NCBI GenBank assembly: GCA_964016885.1
Contig: OZ024740.1
Location: 85,250,001-85,314,000, forward strand
Origin: Eledone cirrhosa
Taxonomy: Eukaryota
DNA: 64,000 bases
Reading direction: 5' to 3'
The translations under genes were made by a program, and so were the position numbers. This document shows, piece by piece, positions 40,410 through 55,262 of this stretch (position 1 is its first letter; every line of letters starts with the position of its first letter). The notes beneath the pieces were generated by a model. The model searched no databases. It was not told the origin of the DNA and saw only the letters and a program-made list of their open reading frames with translations.

Positions 40410-41397
40410 AAGCATATGACCGCGTTCTTCGGGACCTGCTGCGGAAGGTTTTGGGGTCGATGGTCAGCTTCTTGCTGTCCTGATGTCTCTATACGAACGC
40501 TCTAGTATTTGTGTTCAAATAAATGGTGTTAAATCGAAACCATTCAATGTAGGAGTCGGACTCCGCTAAGGGTGCGTACTCTCACCTCCCCTGTTCATTA
40601 TTTTATGAACTGGATTGACATGCGCAGCCGGGTTGGAAGTGGTGTCATGATTGGTAGATGTAAAAATCAGTCGGCTTGAATTTGCAGACGACACGGTGTT
40701 ACTTAACTCGACAGGTGATCTTCGAATTGCACTTGATAGGTTTGATGCTGAGTGTTGCATGGCTGGAATGAAAGTCAGTACTGCGAAGACTGAGAAACTC
40801 ACCATCTCAAGGAAGCCTGCACAGTGCACTCTACATGTGAATGGAGTTCCACTGAAGCAGGTGGAGAAGTTCAAGTATCTTGGGGCCGTGATCACGAGAG
40901 ATGGAAGACAGGAGGCTGAATTAAGTGCAAGAATTGCAGGAGCTGGTGCAGTGATGCGCAAACTTCAGCATCCGGTAACAGTAGGTGTAAAAGCCAAACT
41001 CACTATTTTCAATGTTGCTAATGACCGAAAGAGTACGATCGCGATTACAAGCGGCCGAAATGGGGTTCCTGCGTAGCTCAGAGATCAGAGTCACTCTAGG
41101 TGGAGCTGCTACTTCTCTAAATTGAGAGATCACAGCTCCGATACTCTGGGCATGTGTTTAAAATGTCTCAGAAAAGAATGGCTGGACAAATTTTACGAGC
41201 AAAACCAGCCGGCATGAGACCCAGGGGTAGACCTTGAGCAAGATGCTTGGATAACATCCATGAGCTCGGATGCTCTCGCTTGGGGATCCAGTAGGATCAG
41301 TTAGTGACGGTTGTTTTTGATAGGACCGGTTGGAAGAAGTGTTTGAAGACTCTGCTTCCACGACCCTCTTAGGAATAAGTGGGTGAAGAAAAAGTCG
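40410..41397 (+). mobile_element. 5'-truncated RTE-clade LINE (RT C-terminus and 3' end), same family as 24495-26085
   Basis: SKPFNVGVGLR*GCVLSP, ISRLEFADDTVLL..LDRFDAEC..GMKVSTAKTE..LKQVEKFKYLG, then IERSQLRY.GH and RPRGRP. Confidence 0.92.
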
Positions 41398-41895
41398 ATG
41401 TGTGCGTGTGTATGTGTGTATCTATATGCGTATGTATGTATAAATATATATCTATAGAAAGAGAGAAAGAAAGATAGAGAAATGAAAAAAGGAAAGAGAG
41501 AAAAAGAGAGAGAGGGATATATATATATATATATATATGGGGTAATTTATCGTCAAACTTGGCCCGATTATTTGCAACAGAGTGGGACTGCTAAATACGT
41601 ATAATGACTAAATGCCTATTATTAACAGGACGATTGGTTTTCGCATCGGTGCCGGTCACCCTGGAGAACTTCGATGTCCTTGGTCTCCGGTCCACCGTTA
41701 TTTCGTCCGTCATAATTGGAAGATTATAGGAGGACAGAAGAGAAAAACCATGTTAGGTAGATTGATAGATGCAGCTAATATCACTTTTGCCATCTCGTCT
41801 ATGGAGGTGTAAAGTGAGACAGAGGAGAATTTTGTTTTGATTTTACTTTTGCTTTCTACATATATTTTGGAGACTTATAGACTGTCATCCTCCGA

Positions 41896-42575
<680 letters not shown>

Positions 42576-42722
42576 ATTAATGTTTCCGTGCGAGAGAAAG
42601 CAACAGCCGTATAAATGACGTGATGTAAATGTAGAAGAGAGAAATGCGCTATAGAGTATATATCAATGTATAACACTGAAAAATTTGAATATAGAACATA
42701 AATTTTGTTTTTTCACACTGAC

Positions 42723-42865
42723 CTTATAGTTTCCTTAGTTTCCTTTCAAAGTAAAATCCAAGTTCCGGTCGTATATAAATATATAGACCCGATTAAACAC
42801 AAACTACACAGTAAATCTGTCTCGCAGAAGATGTTATAAGCCGTTAAATATCAGCTTACTGTCAC
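42723..42865 (-). other. Candidate non-coding (UTR or lncRNA) exon
   Basis: Acceptor CTCCCCTTTATTTACAG|G and donor AAG|GTCAGT flank 143 nt of unique sequence with stops in all three frames. Confidence 0.25.
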
Positions 42866-43485
42866 CTGTAAATAAAGGGGAGATAACTTTAGTTTGTGTT
42901 TTTAAATATTTTTCTTCTCTCCTACCACTTATCAGTTATATCATGTTTAGCGTAGGATTAGATTTTTTTTTTAAAGAAGTACCTTCTTTTCTTTATGTTT
43001 AAGCATGTGTTTTATTTCCACACACAAAACAAAATAAAAATATCATTTGAACCTGTGGATTAATGAGTGATATTTCGTGGCATACATGAATATACATTAG
43101 TATATTACATAGATACGTGCATACACACATACGTACACTACATTGACACACGTACACGCATATAGATAGATAGATAAATATATAGATATATACATATGTA
43201 AATTAATATACACAAACACATAATTACCTACACTCATACATGCAAACATGCACACTTACATACATATACATACACACGAACACATCTATTCATACGTATA
43301 CACACACACACACATAAATAAATACATACATTCATACATACATGTACAGCAAAGCCGAAATCAACCCAACAATGTGCGCTGTAGGTCAAGAATGTTTATC
43401 TTGTAGAAGATTCTTCTTCCAGCGTGTAGTGGCAACTGGTGCGAAATCAAACGGACAGCCAGACAGACATGCAGACAGACAGACA

Positions 43486-43575
<90 letters not shown>

Positions 43576-43578
43576 TAT

Positions 43579-43634
43579 ATTCTGATGAATGAAGAAATAC
43601 ATAAATATCTGTCTTCAAGAAACCACTGGTAAAT
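43579..43634 (+). ncRNA. Minimal type I hammerhead ribozyme (decayed)
   Basis: ATT-CTGATGA-A-TGAAGA...TCTTCA-A-GAAA-CCA C TGG-TA-AAT, giving a GUA cleavage triplet. It lies between (CA)n and (TA)n. Confidence 0.55.
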
Positions 43635-43728
43635 TAAATAATTATCTTATGTTGTTTATTACATAACTAAAAAGTTCTGTATCATACATAGAGCACTCTC
43701 TTTTCCTTTACCTTTCCTACGGAAATAC

Positions 43729-43998
<270 letters not shown>

Positions 43999-44062
43999 TA
44001 TATATATTAAACGGAATAAATGAAACGAAATTTCATTTCCCACTCTTAGTACGGCTGTTACT

Positions 44063-44133
<71 letters not shown>

Positions 44134-44640
44134 GGAGTGAGAGAGAGACAAATAGAGAGATAGAGAGATAAATAAATAGATATATTAAGTGTGTGTCTAG
44201 TTTATTCTTTTCGTCCGTCTATTGATAGTTAGACATAAACTATTGAATATATACTCGGACATATTTCCACATGTGTTTAAAGTTGCAGTTAAATTAGGCC
44301 GACTATGGTCGACAGAGGCCGTTTTGGTGGCAGTTATGTTAGTAGTTTGGGTAAATGTTTGGGTGGTAGTTAGGATGGACTACAGAGGCCAAGGGAGGCT
44401 GCTTTGGTAGCAGTTTAGGTTGAGTTTCGAATACACTAATTTCATTGTTATTTAACTATTTACCAGGGTTCCTCTTAGATTAGTTAACGACAGTTTTAGA
44501 GATAGAATGAGAAATAGAGATGTGTGGTGGTGGATAATGACAAAGGGATATATACATACTACACACAGACACATATACATAGATACATACGTGCATACAC
44601 ACAAACGTACATACATACACACATACATATATTTATATAT

Positions 44641-44719
<79 letters not shown>

Positions 44720-44764
44720 TGCATACATTCACATATATGCATTCAAATCATTGTGATAGATAGA

Positions 44765-45098
44765 TATCTTTCTTTATTTGCCACAGGGGCGTACAAAAGT
44801 GGGACATTACAAGACGTAACAACGGGGGTTTTACATAAAAATAACTTTAACATTAATAAACAACAATAAACTATATATAATAAAATAACAATTGAAATCC
44901 CCAATAGGGGGGGGGGGCGTTACTGCAGGGTTGTTTTACACCCCGTGATAGAACAACCCTCAACACCAGGAACAAGTTTTGTAGGTGTTCTTGTCTTCCC
45001 TCTGTTTATCTTCCTCAACCTACAGGTTTATATACAGAGAAGGCCCATTCACTCGGGACATTTTCGCCACATTCACCCACCTTTCAACGAATTTATTT
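44765..45098 (-). mobile_element. L1/Tx1-like LINE 3' end
   Basis: The minus strand reads NKFVERWVNVAKMSRVNGPSLYINL*, followed by a T-rich UTR ending CCCCTGTGGCAAATAAAGAAAGATAT. The family call is from recollection. Confidence 0.5.
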
Positions 45099-45104
45099 TG
45101 ATAG

Positions 45105-45135
<31 letters not shown>

Positions 45136-45372
45136 GATAGATTACAAAATAATTATCCCAGGTTATGTGTATATCCGAACTTTGACAGTAGTTGTGTTCT
45201 AGTTGACTGTTTATGTTTCAACTCAACATATCTAAACTGGGTCAAATGATGCATTAATAAAGCACACATATCAATGAAGACAACTGCGGCTAAAACCACC
45301 GCTGGACGTTGTTGCATTCACGGAGAATAACCACTCCCACATATCTGTCCATTGAAGCTTAATATCTACATC

Positions 45373-45429
<57 letters not shown>

Positions 45430-45457
45430 CTTCTCTCTCTCTCTCTCTCTCTCTCCT

Positions 45458-45488
<31 letters not shown>

Positions 45489-45538
45489 ATTTCTCCCCCT
45501 TTATCTCTCTTTCTATAGATATAGATATTTATATATAT

Positions 45539-45584
<46 letters not shown>

Positions 45585-45718
45585 ATATATATAAACATAT
45601 ATATCTATATATCTATATATATATTTATATATGTAGGAGGTGAGTTTTATTGCAGTACAATAAAGCAATGCAGATATCGGATAAGAAGCACTCTACAGTT
45701 TGTAGGACTGGAGTATAC

Positions 45719-45927
45719 ATAATATAAGATCAAAAGATGGTTAAAGGAGTTCCATGTATATGTTGATTTAAAACTGCACTATCCACAAGTGCTTTTTAGC
45801 CTTCATATCATGTTCTCCTGTTTTATCTGATGAAAACACAAATATTATTGCATGATGATGTTTGTTTTTGAAATGCGCATAATAAAATACATGGAACTCC
45901 TTTAACCATCTTTTGATCTTATATTAT
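45719..45927 (+). mobile_element. Penelope-like pLTR fragment with inverted tail copy
   Basis: A perfect 41-bp inverted repeat (45719-45759/45887-45927) encloses a hammerhead. Flanks are TA-rich. Confidence 0.7.
45821..45887 (+). ncRNA. Minimal type I hammerhead ribozyme
   Basis: TTTTAT-CTGATGA-(~15-bp AU/GU helix II)-GAAA-TGCGCA-TA-ATAAAA. Helix I is 6 bp, helix III is the palindrome ATGCGCAT, and the triplet is AUA. Confidence 0.8.
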
Positions 45928-46152
45928 ATATTTATATATATATGTGGGTGTGTATGCATGTGTGGATGTGAGCATGTGCGTGTGTATGTATGTGTGTATG
46001 TATGCATGCATATGTGCCTATATTGAATCAAGTGAATCCTAGGACTCCATTCAGTTTTAGTTCCGGCTGATTGAATCAAATATATTATTTAATTATTTAC
46101 ACTCTACCTCTAATACTGAGTACTATATATATATATGTGTGTGTGTGTGAGT

Positions 46153-46199
<47 letters not shown>

Positions 46200-46229
46200 C
46201 ATGCATATATATGTGTACACATACATACA

Positions 46230-46293
<64 letters not shown>

Positions 46294-46844
46294 AATTATG
46301 TCTCATATAAAATAATACAACCAGCTATCCACGAAATACAATATAGTTAGCACCCCAAACATATCAATGGGATTATACTAAGGTATATCCTAATGTTTGT
46401 TGAGTGAGATGGGAGTCAGTTGGAGTATCGCTTAAGGCTTTCTCTGTTAATGTATTAAGTATATATACATATATATATATATATGCATGTATGTATGTGT
46501 GTTAGTGTGTGTGTTAAACAATAAATATTTATGCATAAAACATTGCATATTAGAAGATTTTAGATGGATTTAACGTAGATCAAAATAGGTTTTAATTACA
46601 AACTTCACCGGGAAAAGAATGAAGTACAAATACACCTTCTATTATTTTCTTTATACATTGATAAACATAAGAGATTATCTTTACGCCTTTCGGGGATTAC
46701 TGTTTCTTTATCAGAAGAATGCTACCTATACGATACTGATTACAGTAGGTTACAATTTATTATGCCCTCACTCCATTTTCTAATATGTGTCGTGTTTAAT
46801 TAATTGCGTTGCCAAACGAATGCACGTCATGTAAATTTTACTGG

Positions 46845-46875
<31 letters not shown>

Positions 46876-47255
46876 CTTCTTCTTCTTCTTGCGTATGAGG
46901 TTGTTACTGTCCCAAGTTGTTGCCCTTTTCCAGAGCCCATCACGAGGAGGCCTACAACTTGGATCATCCTGCTTGACATAGACCACGACCACATTAAATT
47001 CCTTTGTACGTCTTTATACAATAGGTTTCATGTCCCTTTTCTCATACTCAGTTCTATGTAACTTACTCCCACCCCGACGCTTTTGTAATTTGTCTTTGCA
47101 TTATCTCCTCACCCTAGCTCAAGTAGCAAATAAAGAAACAATACTCATTTTTAAAATCCTTATTATTATTATTTTAATAATTACTATCATTTCATTAATC
47201 CTTATTTCTATTGTTGGCAGAAAGATCTGAATACAGTTTTTGCAATCGTCCCATA

Positions 47256-47472
47256 TACGAGTGTCGGTTGAAAAGTTCATTGGATGACTATGAAAGAGTG
47301 ATGTTAGAGCTGAGAAATCTTGCATGCATTAATTTCAACTCGTTTTATTAATAACTGCATTGTTTGTTCCAAGGACTATATTGAAAAATAAATCTCATTT
47401 GGTAATTCCATGAGTGTATCTTGGTCAGCCCATGAACTTTTTATCCTATGGACTTTTCAGCCGACCCTCGTA
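47256..47472. mobile_element. Tc1/mariner-type MITE (~215 bp)
   Basis: TACGAGTGTCGGTTGAAAAGTTCAT at the left end and ATGGACTTTTCAGCCGACCCTCGTA at the right end, with TA at both ends. Confidence 0.85.
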
Positions 47473-47721
47473 CTTTGACCACACGTAATTTCAACAGAAA
47501 GAAAAGAACGTTGTATTGATGCTGTTGTTGTTGTCTCAGGTCAGCTCTATGGTACTTAGTTTGCTGACCGAAATGATGTAATAGTCCACACAGAGCAGTT
47601 TCTCTAGTTACATACATGACTTTGGTAAACAAAAAAACATACCTCATATTCCACCATGCAGTGGTCAAACATATGAAGTGCAGTATGACAGCCTCGACAT
47701 GCTTCACTGTCCACTCGTAAT

Positions 47722-48057
47722 TTCTGGTGGTAGCCTTTGAGAAGGTGGGCAAGGTAGATTCTGGTGGTAGCCTTTGAGAAGGTGGGCAAGGTAGATTCTG
47801 GTGGTAGCCTTTGAGAAGGTGGGCAAGGTAGATTCTGGTGGTAGCCTTTGAGAAGGTGGGCAAGGTAGATTCTGGTGGTAGCCTTTGAGAAGGTGGGCAA
47901 GGTAGATTCTGGTGGTAGCCTTTGAGAAGGTGGGCAAGGTAGATTCTGGTGGTAGCCTTTGAGAAGGTGGGCAAGGTAGATTCTGGTGGTAGCCTTTGAG
48001 AAGGTGGGCAAGGTAGATTCTGGTGGTAGCCTTTGAGAAGGTGGGCAAGGTAGATTC
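47722..48057 (+). repeat. Perfect 37-bp minisatellite x9
   Basis: Unit TTCTGGTGGTAGCCTTTGAGAAGGTGGGCAAGGTAGA, identical copies with no spacers. Confidence 0.97.
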
Positions 48058-50440
48058 GGTCAAAGAGCGACAGTTACTATTTCTTTGCACTGTTTGATTA
48101 TTGGTCTTCTTCAATGAAGCACCTTACCGTGCTAACATCCAGAACTTTAAAGAAATATTGTAGGCTGAGACGTAATCATCCAGCATCTAAACTTCGGTCT
48201 CGCCTTCATCCACAGACACACACCTACCGTAACTGCCATAGAAGTCTATACTTTCTCGACACCAACTATTCTCCCAGCTCAATTGTACCCAATGTATTTG
48301 TAGTGATAAGGTGACTGGATTAAATTTAGCATCTACGGTAATGACAGGATGTTGTTATTAATATTTGGAAAACGTGAGGCACGTGGCTGCATTAAGACTC
48401 AAATCTGACGGCGGCAACCGTTTCCAAGGTTAAAACAACTGGGTAGCTTCCAACACTATTAAACAAAACTGAGTGGCATCCATCCAGTAGCTGAACAGCG
48501 GATCAGTATCTCCCATGAAAGACACCTGAACATGCACGGGTTTTTTCATGCCTCAAGTCAAAGTTAACATTTTATTTGGATTCAAAACGTAAAGGTACAT
48601 AATCAGATGCCATAAATCATTTGATCCGCCATTCTTATCCTACTCTCACTGATCTTTTATTTTTATTTTGTCCAGTTTCAACGATGAAGATTCAGGTGTT
48701 TGATCAACTGAAGGGCCAACCCGAATTAGAGTAGTTGAGTCTTCTACAGACACGTGTATCATTGACGTAATTCCCATGCTGAAGCAGCGTGACACAATAT
48801 GTGACAAGGCTGGATATTTGAATTACAGGTACGATCTATCCAGCGGGATTCCAAACAGTTTCTGCTTCTCCAATTTCATTCACAATTCATAGGCAGACTT
48901 GAGGCTACGCTAAAAAACATTTGTCCCAGATGCCAAGTAGCGGGGTCGAAAATGGATCCTTATGATTGCCAAGCAAGCTTCTTAATCTCTTAACCATGTC
49001 TGCATCCATTTATAATAATGATAATAATAATTGATTTTACTTTTGGCAGTTCATTACTGGTGCTTTATTTTATCGACCCCGTAAAGATGAAACGTAAAAC
49101 TAACCTCGGCGGGATTTGAACTCAGAAAGTAAGGACAATAACAATAAATCAGTTAGATTAATCTCACTCGGTTGACGTCACTATTTGGAATGGGACGACC
49201 CTCATAACGTCGTATTTTCGCCCTGTTATAAACACTTCGGGCATCATGCCTGTGTAAATAAGAATTATAACAATATTTATAACTATCATCATAATCATAG
49301 CCGTCGTCATTATTTTTATATCAGCCCTACATATATATATTTGTAAACAACAAAGTCAACTGTACTATAACTTCATATTTTTCTAGAATGACTACTTTAT
49401 CTACAAAGAGAGTTGGAATAAAGAGATGGAGAGAGAGTGGGTGATGGTAGTGGTGAGAGAGAATAATCGATCGCAATGTATAAGGCTAACAGTATATTTG
49501 ACACACTTTCTAAAGTTTTCCGACTGGATATTTTCCCTGTCCACCATTCAATTCTCCTGTTGTGCATAGTGTAGAAAATATATTAAGATGGAGCCAGCAA
49601 GATTTAAAATAGATTATTTCGAAATTTATGATTCTTGCAAATGAATCAAGGACTGTTATCGACCGTTTTCTTGTTGTTTTGATGCAAAATGAAAATATTT
49701 ATATAAGTGATTCTTTATATTTATATGTTCTAGACCCCCTGCCTTCGTATTGGTTGTGTTTCGTGTCAGTCACAGTTTTGACCCAATGGATAAAATAAGC
49801 TTCTATTTGCACATAATACCGTATAACGGTAATTGATAGAGTCTAACGGTTTAAATGTCTTTATATTCAGAGTTCAAATCCCACCGAGGTCAACTTTGCC
49901 TTCCATCTTTACAGGGTTGAAAAATAAAGTTCCAGTCAAGTACTGGAGTTAGATTATTAACTTTGCCGTTTCCCCAAATTTGCTCCCTTTGTGCCTAAAT
50001 AAAGAATCGATAGAGAGTAACATACTGTTTTCGGTTATATAGTTACGTTCCTTTACAATCTGAGTTTAAATCCAGTGGAGTCAGCAATGCTATTTAATAG
50101 CAATGCTATTTATGGATGAAATACTGTATATACTCGAATATAATCCGAGGAATATGTGTCCAAAACTCGATGGTAGAAGGGTGTCGGCTTATATTTGTTA
50201 TAGACTTATATTCAAGTATATACGATAAGATGTTTTAAAAGAAATAATTACCAGTCAAAAAGACTGATCAATTATACTCTCTCCCACAATGTTTGAGTCT
50301 CTCACCTTTGTTAGTTATTTACGATATTTCTTCTCGGATAGTTGTTTCAGGTAAAAATTGACACTTAGTGTCAGATTCTCTGCTAACTAATAATGTTTGC
50401 GTTGTATTTCTCTTTACTTTTCTCTCGTGTGAACATTTTC

Positions 50441-50639
50441 TACGAGGGTAGGCTGAAAAGTTCATAGGCAGACTATGAAGGAGTGATGCTAGAGCTGTGA
50501 AATCCTGTATGCATTAATTTCAACTCTTATTAATAACTGCAGTGTTTCTTTCCAGGGACTACGTTGAAAAATAAACCTCATTTGGTCATCCCATGAGAGT
50601 ATCTTCGTCAGCCTATGAACTTTTTAGCCGACCCTGGTA
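50441..50639. mobile_element. Tc1/mariner-type MITE (~200 bp)
   Basis: TACGAGGGTAGGCTGAAAAGTTCATAGGC at the left end and GCCTATGAACTTTTTAGCCGACCCTGGTA at the right end. Partial relatives at ~33068, 33586 and 38400. Confidence 0.88.
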
Positions 50640-52139
50640 GCTAATAGTTAACTGTTGTCGTTATCGTTTACCCCCAAGTCAGATCTGTCCTTTATTCAGA
50701 CATAGTGTATCGAGCCCTCATTGCATTATTCGATGCGGTCTTTTATTTCTAAGACAGTAGAATATGATATGAAAGAAATGATTAATTGTGATAATATAAA
50801 ATGGAAATGTTTGCTAAGTATTGAGGCTATAGGTCGGTGTTTATTGAAGATTTAATAAAGTGTAGTTGATTAAAGATTTCCCTCAAATAGTACGCCTGTC
50901 TTTCGTAGGCAACGTTCTCAAATTGATCTGGTACCTATTCTTCACAACTAGGAGAAGTAAAACAATGTTTTTAAATATTTTTCTGCCCCAAAACATAATG
51001 GATTATAAACTGTGTTGAAGGACCAACAATTATAGGAAGCAGTAGTAACCGTTTTGATTTAATGTAAGTATACCTGATGTAGGCTGGTCGTGTGAACACG
51101 TGACATCAAGGTTAGCTGTAGTTGACTGTCGTTAAATCGTCAAAAAAAAAATGCTTTGCAGTATTTGTTTCCATTCTTCACGTTTTGTGTTTAAATTCCA
51201 CTGAGATCAACTTTGTCTTTCACGGTAGGTAAAATAAAGTAAAACTCAAGCATTGTGGTCGATTTACTCGACCACCCTCCACAACACCACCAAATATATA
51301 TGCTAGTGATGTTCCTAAATCAGAAACTATTATCATCTATTGCTGATTGAGCTGACCTATAATCAATGACAATCCAGCCGTGATCGCTTTGTCTTTTTCT
51401 AGATAGAGTATATCCACAAGTGAATTATTCAATGTGTTGGTTCTCTTTTTAAGATAGCAATGTGTGATTTGGGGGAGATGTACTGTTAGGTGTTTGGATA
51501 TTGGCAGTGTCAGTATAAATGGATCTACATGTTCTTATGTCCGGTTTGGTTGTAGTCAAGTAAATGTATGTTTGTTATCTATGACGAGATGACGGATGTA
51601 TTTATACGAAAACTGGGACAGTAGAGAGTTACCAATTCCGATTGTTACCAATACTAATATCAATACCAATGCTGCATTTTTGTAAAAGCTCGATATTGAT
51701 TTCATTCCGTGAGATAATGAGAATAAATTTGACCAGTCGTCTTCGACTTATTTCAAATAATCAACAAAAGTCGTTGTGAAGAGAAAAGAAAGAACAAAAT
51801 AGAAAGAAATGAATGAATAAAGAAACTGAGGAACGATAAAAAGACAGGAAGAATATAAAGAAAGCAAAAAAATGTAAGAAAGAAAGAAAGAAAGGGAGGG
51901 AGAAAAGAAGGGAAGGAAGGAGGAAGGAAGACACAGAAATTGGTGAAATTCAAGAAGTTACTTTAGTGAAAATACAATAATGTCGACTGTTTACTGTAGA
52001 AAGCTGTTAAATTGACTTTCGATGTTAGTTTGTTGTGAGAAGGTTTCCTTCCTGTCTTGGTGGGGACGTGACTATCGTCTAAACAATACATTAGTCAAAC
52101 TGTGAGTGTTGAAGACACTAATATTTTGAAATTATCATA

Positions 52140-52852
<713 letters not shown>

Positions 52853-53227
52853 ATAACATAAGAATCATTTGTAACACTGACACAAGGCCACAATTGTTGG
52901 GTGGAAGAGAAACGTAACATAAATCGACCCTAATACTCGAGCTGATATGTATTTTATCAACCACTCACATACTCACTCAGACCCTTGGCCTCAACCGACC
53001 TGGAGAACAGAGCTATCGGCCATCTTTCTCCACTCATTCCTGTCTTTGACCTTCTTCTCCAAATTCCCCCTGGTACCGCTGGTACCATCCACATCTTCTT
53101 ACTACGCTGTCTAGGTCGCAAAAAACTGTAACTAAATAACTATTTCTAATTTAGGGAGAGGGGTAACTACTTATATAGAATCATTAGAAGATCTGTCTGA
53201 TAAAGTGACAAGTCAGTCAATCATATT

Positions 53228-53517
53228 GGTGGCCTCCCCACAGCCTCGGCGGACAGAATGGAGAAGGCGTTTTCCCGGAGGACGGCAAGGGAGACGCGCT
53301 GGAAAAGCCATTCCAGCTCGCGAGGCTCACACTCAGCGCCTATGGTGGTAGGTAGGGAGGTAGAGCTAGGGCCGAGGACACCAGAAGTCTCCACTGCCAA
53401 GGGTACAACCGCAAACCTGTTGGAGAGCGACCGGTATTTGAAGAGTTTGGCTTCCTTAGCCGACGTGCAGCAGAACCTGGGTTAGTCGCAGACTGCACCA
53501 GGTTGCGGCTGGAGAAA
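53228..53517 (-). pseudogene. CRE-like non-LTR retrotransposon, restriction-like endonuclease C-terminus
   Basis: The minus strand reads SATNPGSAA..AKEAKLFKYRSLSNRFAVVPLAVETSGVLGPSS..PRELEWLFQRVSLAVLRENAFSIL. This matches the K..KY..F.P.AVET.G..G..LFQR.S.A..RGNA pattern. Confidence 0.8.
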
Positions 53518-53894
53518 GTAATATTGATTAAATCAATCTCTGGGATTAATTGGTACTTTATTTTATCTACCAGGAAAGATGAAAGGTAAAGTTGACCTCA
53601 GTGGGATGTGAACTCAGAGTGTAAAGAAGCTGAACAAATACAGCAATTGAATTCTATTCAACGTTTTAGCAGTCCTGCTAACCCCACCTACTATAACTAA
53701 TTACCGCAATGCAGTTTTTCAGGAGCCCCTCACCGATTCTGGCAACACATCATCTCCTATAAGTCAAAAAGTAAACCAGAAATTTTGTTTTCAATTTTTG
53801 GCTGGTATTAATTCATTGGTTCCCGGAATCTTTTGAATTCTGAACCTAAAGGAACGTAACTAAATACTGCAACATCAACTGACATGATACTAAT

Positions 53895-54082
53895 AATAAT
53901 TGTATCTACATTTGGCACAAGGCCAGCAATTACCCAGTGTATTACTGGTACTTTATTTTATCGACCCCGTAAGGATGAAAGACAAAGTTAACCTCGACGG
54001 GATTTGAACTCAGACCGTAAAGGGACATAACTATGCTGGAAAGCATGGCGTCCGACCCTCTACCGATACTGCCAATCCACCA
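53895..54082 (-). mobile_element. Young tRNA-SINE
   Basis: Near-consensus reverse complement. Confidence 0.93.
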
Positions 54083-54099
54083 TGTTTCTAGTATAGATA

Positions 54100-55262
54100 C
54101 TGATAATGATGGTGATGATGGTAATGTGTAGAGTGGTGGTGGTGGTGGCACTAGAGGTGGTGGTGGCACTAGAGGTGGTGGATATGATGATGATGATGGC
54201 GATAATGATAATGTTGAGAGTGGTGGTGATGGTACTAGTGGATATGATAATGATGGTGATGGTGATGATAGTAATGTTTAGAGTGGTAGTGGTATTAGTG
54301 GGGATGATTCTGAGGAAGTTGGTGGAGATGGTGGCGGTACTAGTGGTGGTGAAGGTGTTGGTGGTGGTGTATTTGATGATGACGATGGTTATAATAATAA
54401 TTGTTTCTACTTTAGGCACAAGGCCAGCAATTACCCAGTACATTACTGGTACTTTATTTTATCGACCCCGTAGGGATGAAAGGCAAAGTTAACCTCGGCG
54501 GGATTTGAACTCAGATCATAAAGGGACGTAACTCTATGCTTCAAAGCATGGTTATAATAATTGTTTCTACTTTAGGCACAAGGCCAGCAATTACCCAGTA
54601 CATTACTGGTACTTTATTTTATCGACCCCGTAAGGATGAAAGGCAAAGTTAACCTTGGCGGGATTTGAACTCAGACCGTAAAGGGACGTAACTATGCTGG
54701 AAAGCATGGCGTCCAACCCTCTACCGATACTGCCAATCCACCGCCCTCACATGGCGTCCAACCCTCTACCGATACTGCCAATTCACCAATAATGTTTAAA
54801 GTGGTGGTGGTACTGGTGAATATGATAATGGTAACGATGGAGACGAATGAGATGATGGTGATGATGGTGATGATGATAATGTTTAGAGTGGTGGGGTATT
54901 GGTGGTGGTGATGATAGTGAATATGATGAGGATAATGTGTATAGTCGTGGTGGTGGTGGTCGTGGTGGTGTAGGTGGTACTAGTGATGGTGGAGGTGGTA
55001 CTAGTGGTAGTGGAGGTGGTGGTGATGGTGAATATGATGATGGTAATGATGATGGTGATGATAATGGTGATGATAGTGATGAGGATGGTGAATATGATGA
55101 TGGTGATGATGATAATGTTTAGAGTGGTGGTGGTGGTGGTAGTAGTAAAGGAGATTGTAGTGATGGTGGAGGTGTTGGTAGTGGTAATAGCGGAGGCAGT
55201 GGTGCTGGTGAATATGATGACGATGATGGTGATGATGATGATGATGGTGATCATCATAAGCA
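54100..55262. repeat. Degenerate (GGT/GAT) tract with a ~60-bp higher-order unit, containing a tandem SINE pair (54395-54790)
   Basis: Recurrent ATAATGTTTAGAGTGGTGG...ATATGATGATG units. Two SINE copies and a duplicated SINE head at ~54750-54788. Confidence 0.85.

Noticed and set aside
47722-48057. CRISPR array (37-bp repeats)
   Set aside because: The repeats are contiguous with no spacers, no cas genes are present, and the context is eukaryotic.
47441-48114. Repeat-protein ORFs or a Gypsy RT motif (LLKGYHQ)
   Set aside because: The ORFs are open only because of the stop-free minisatellite, and no other RT motifs are recognisable.
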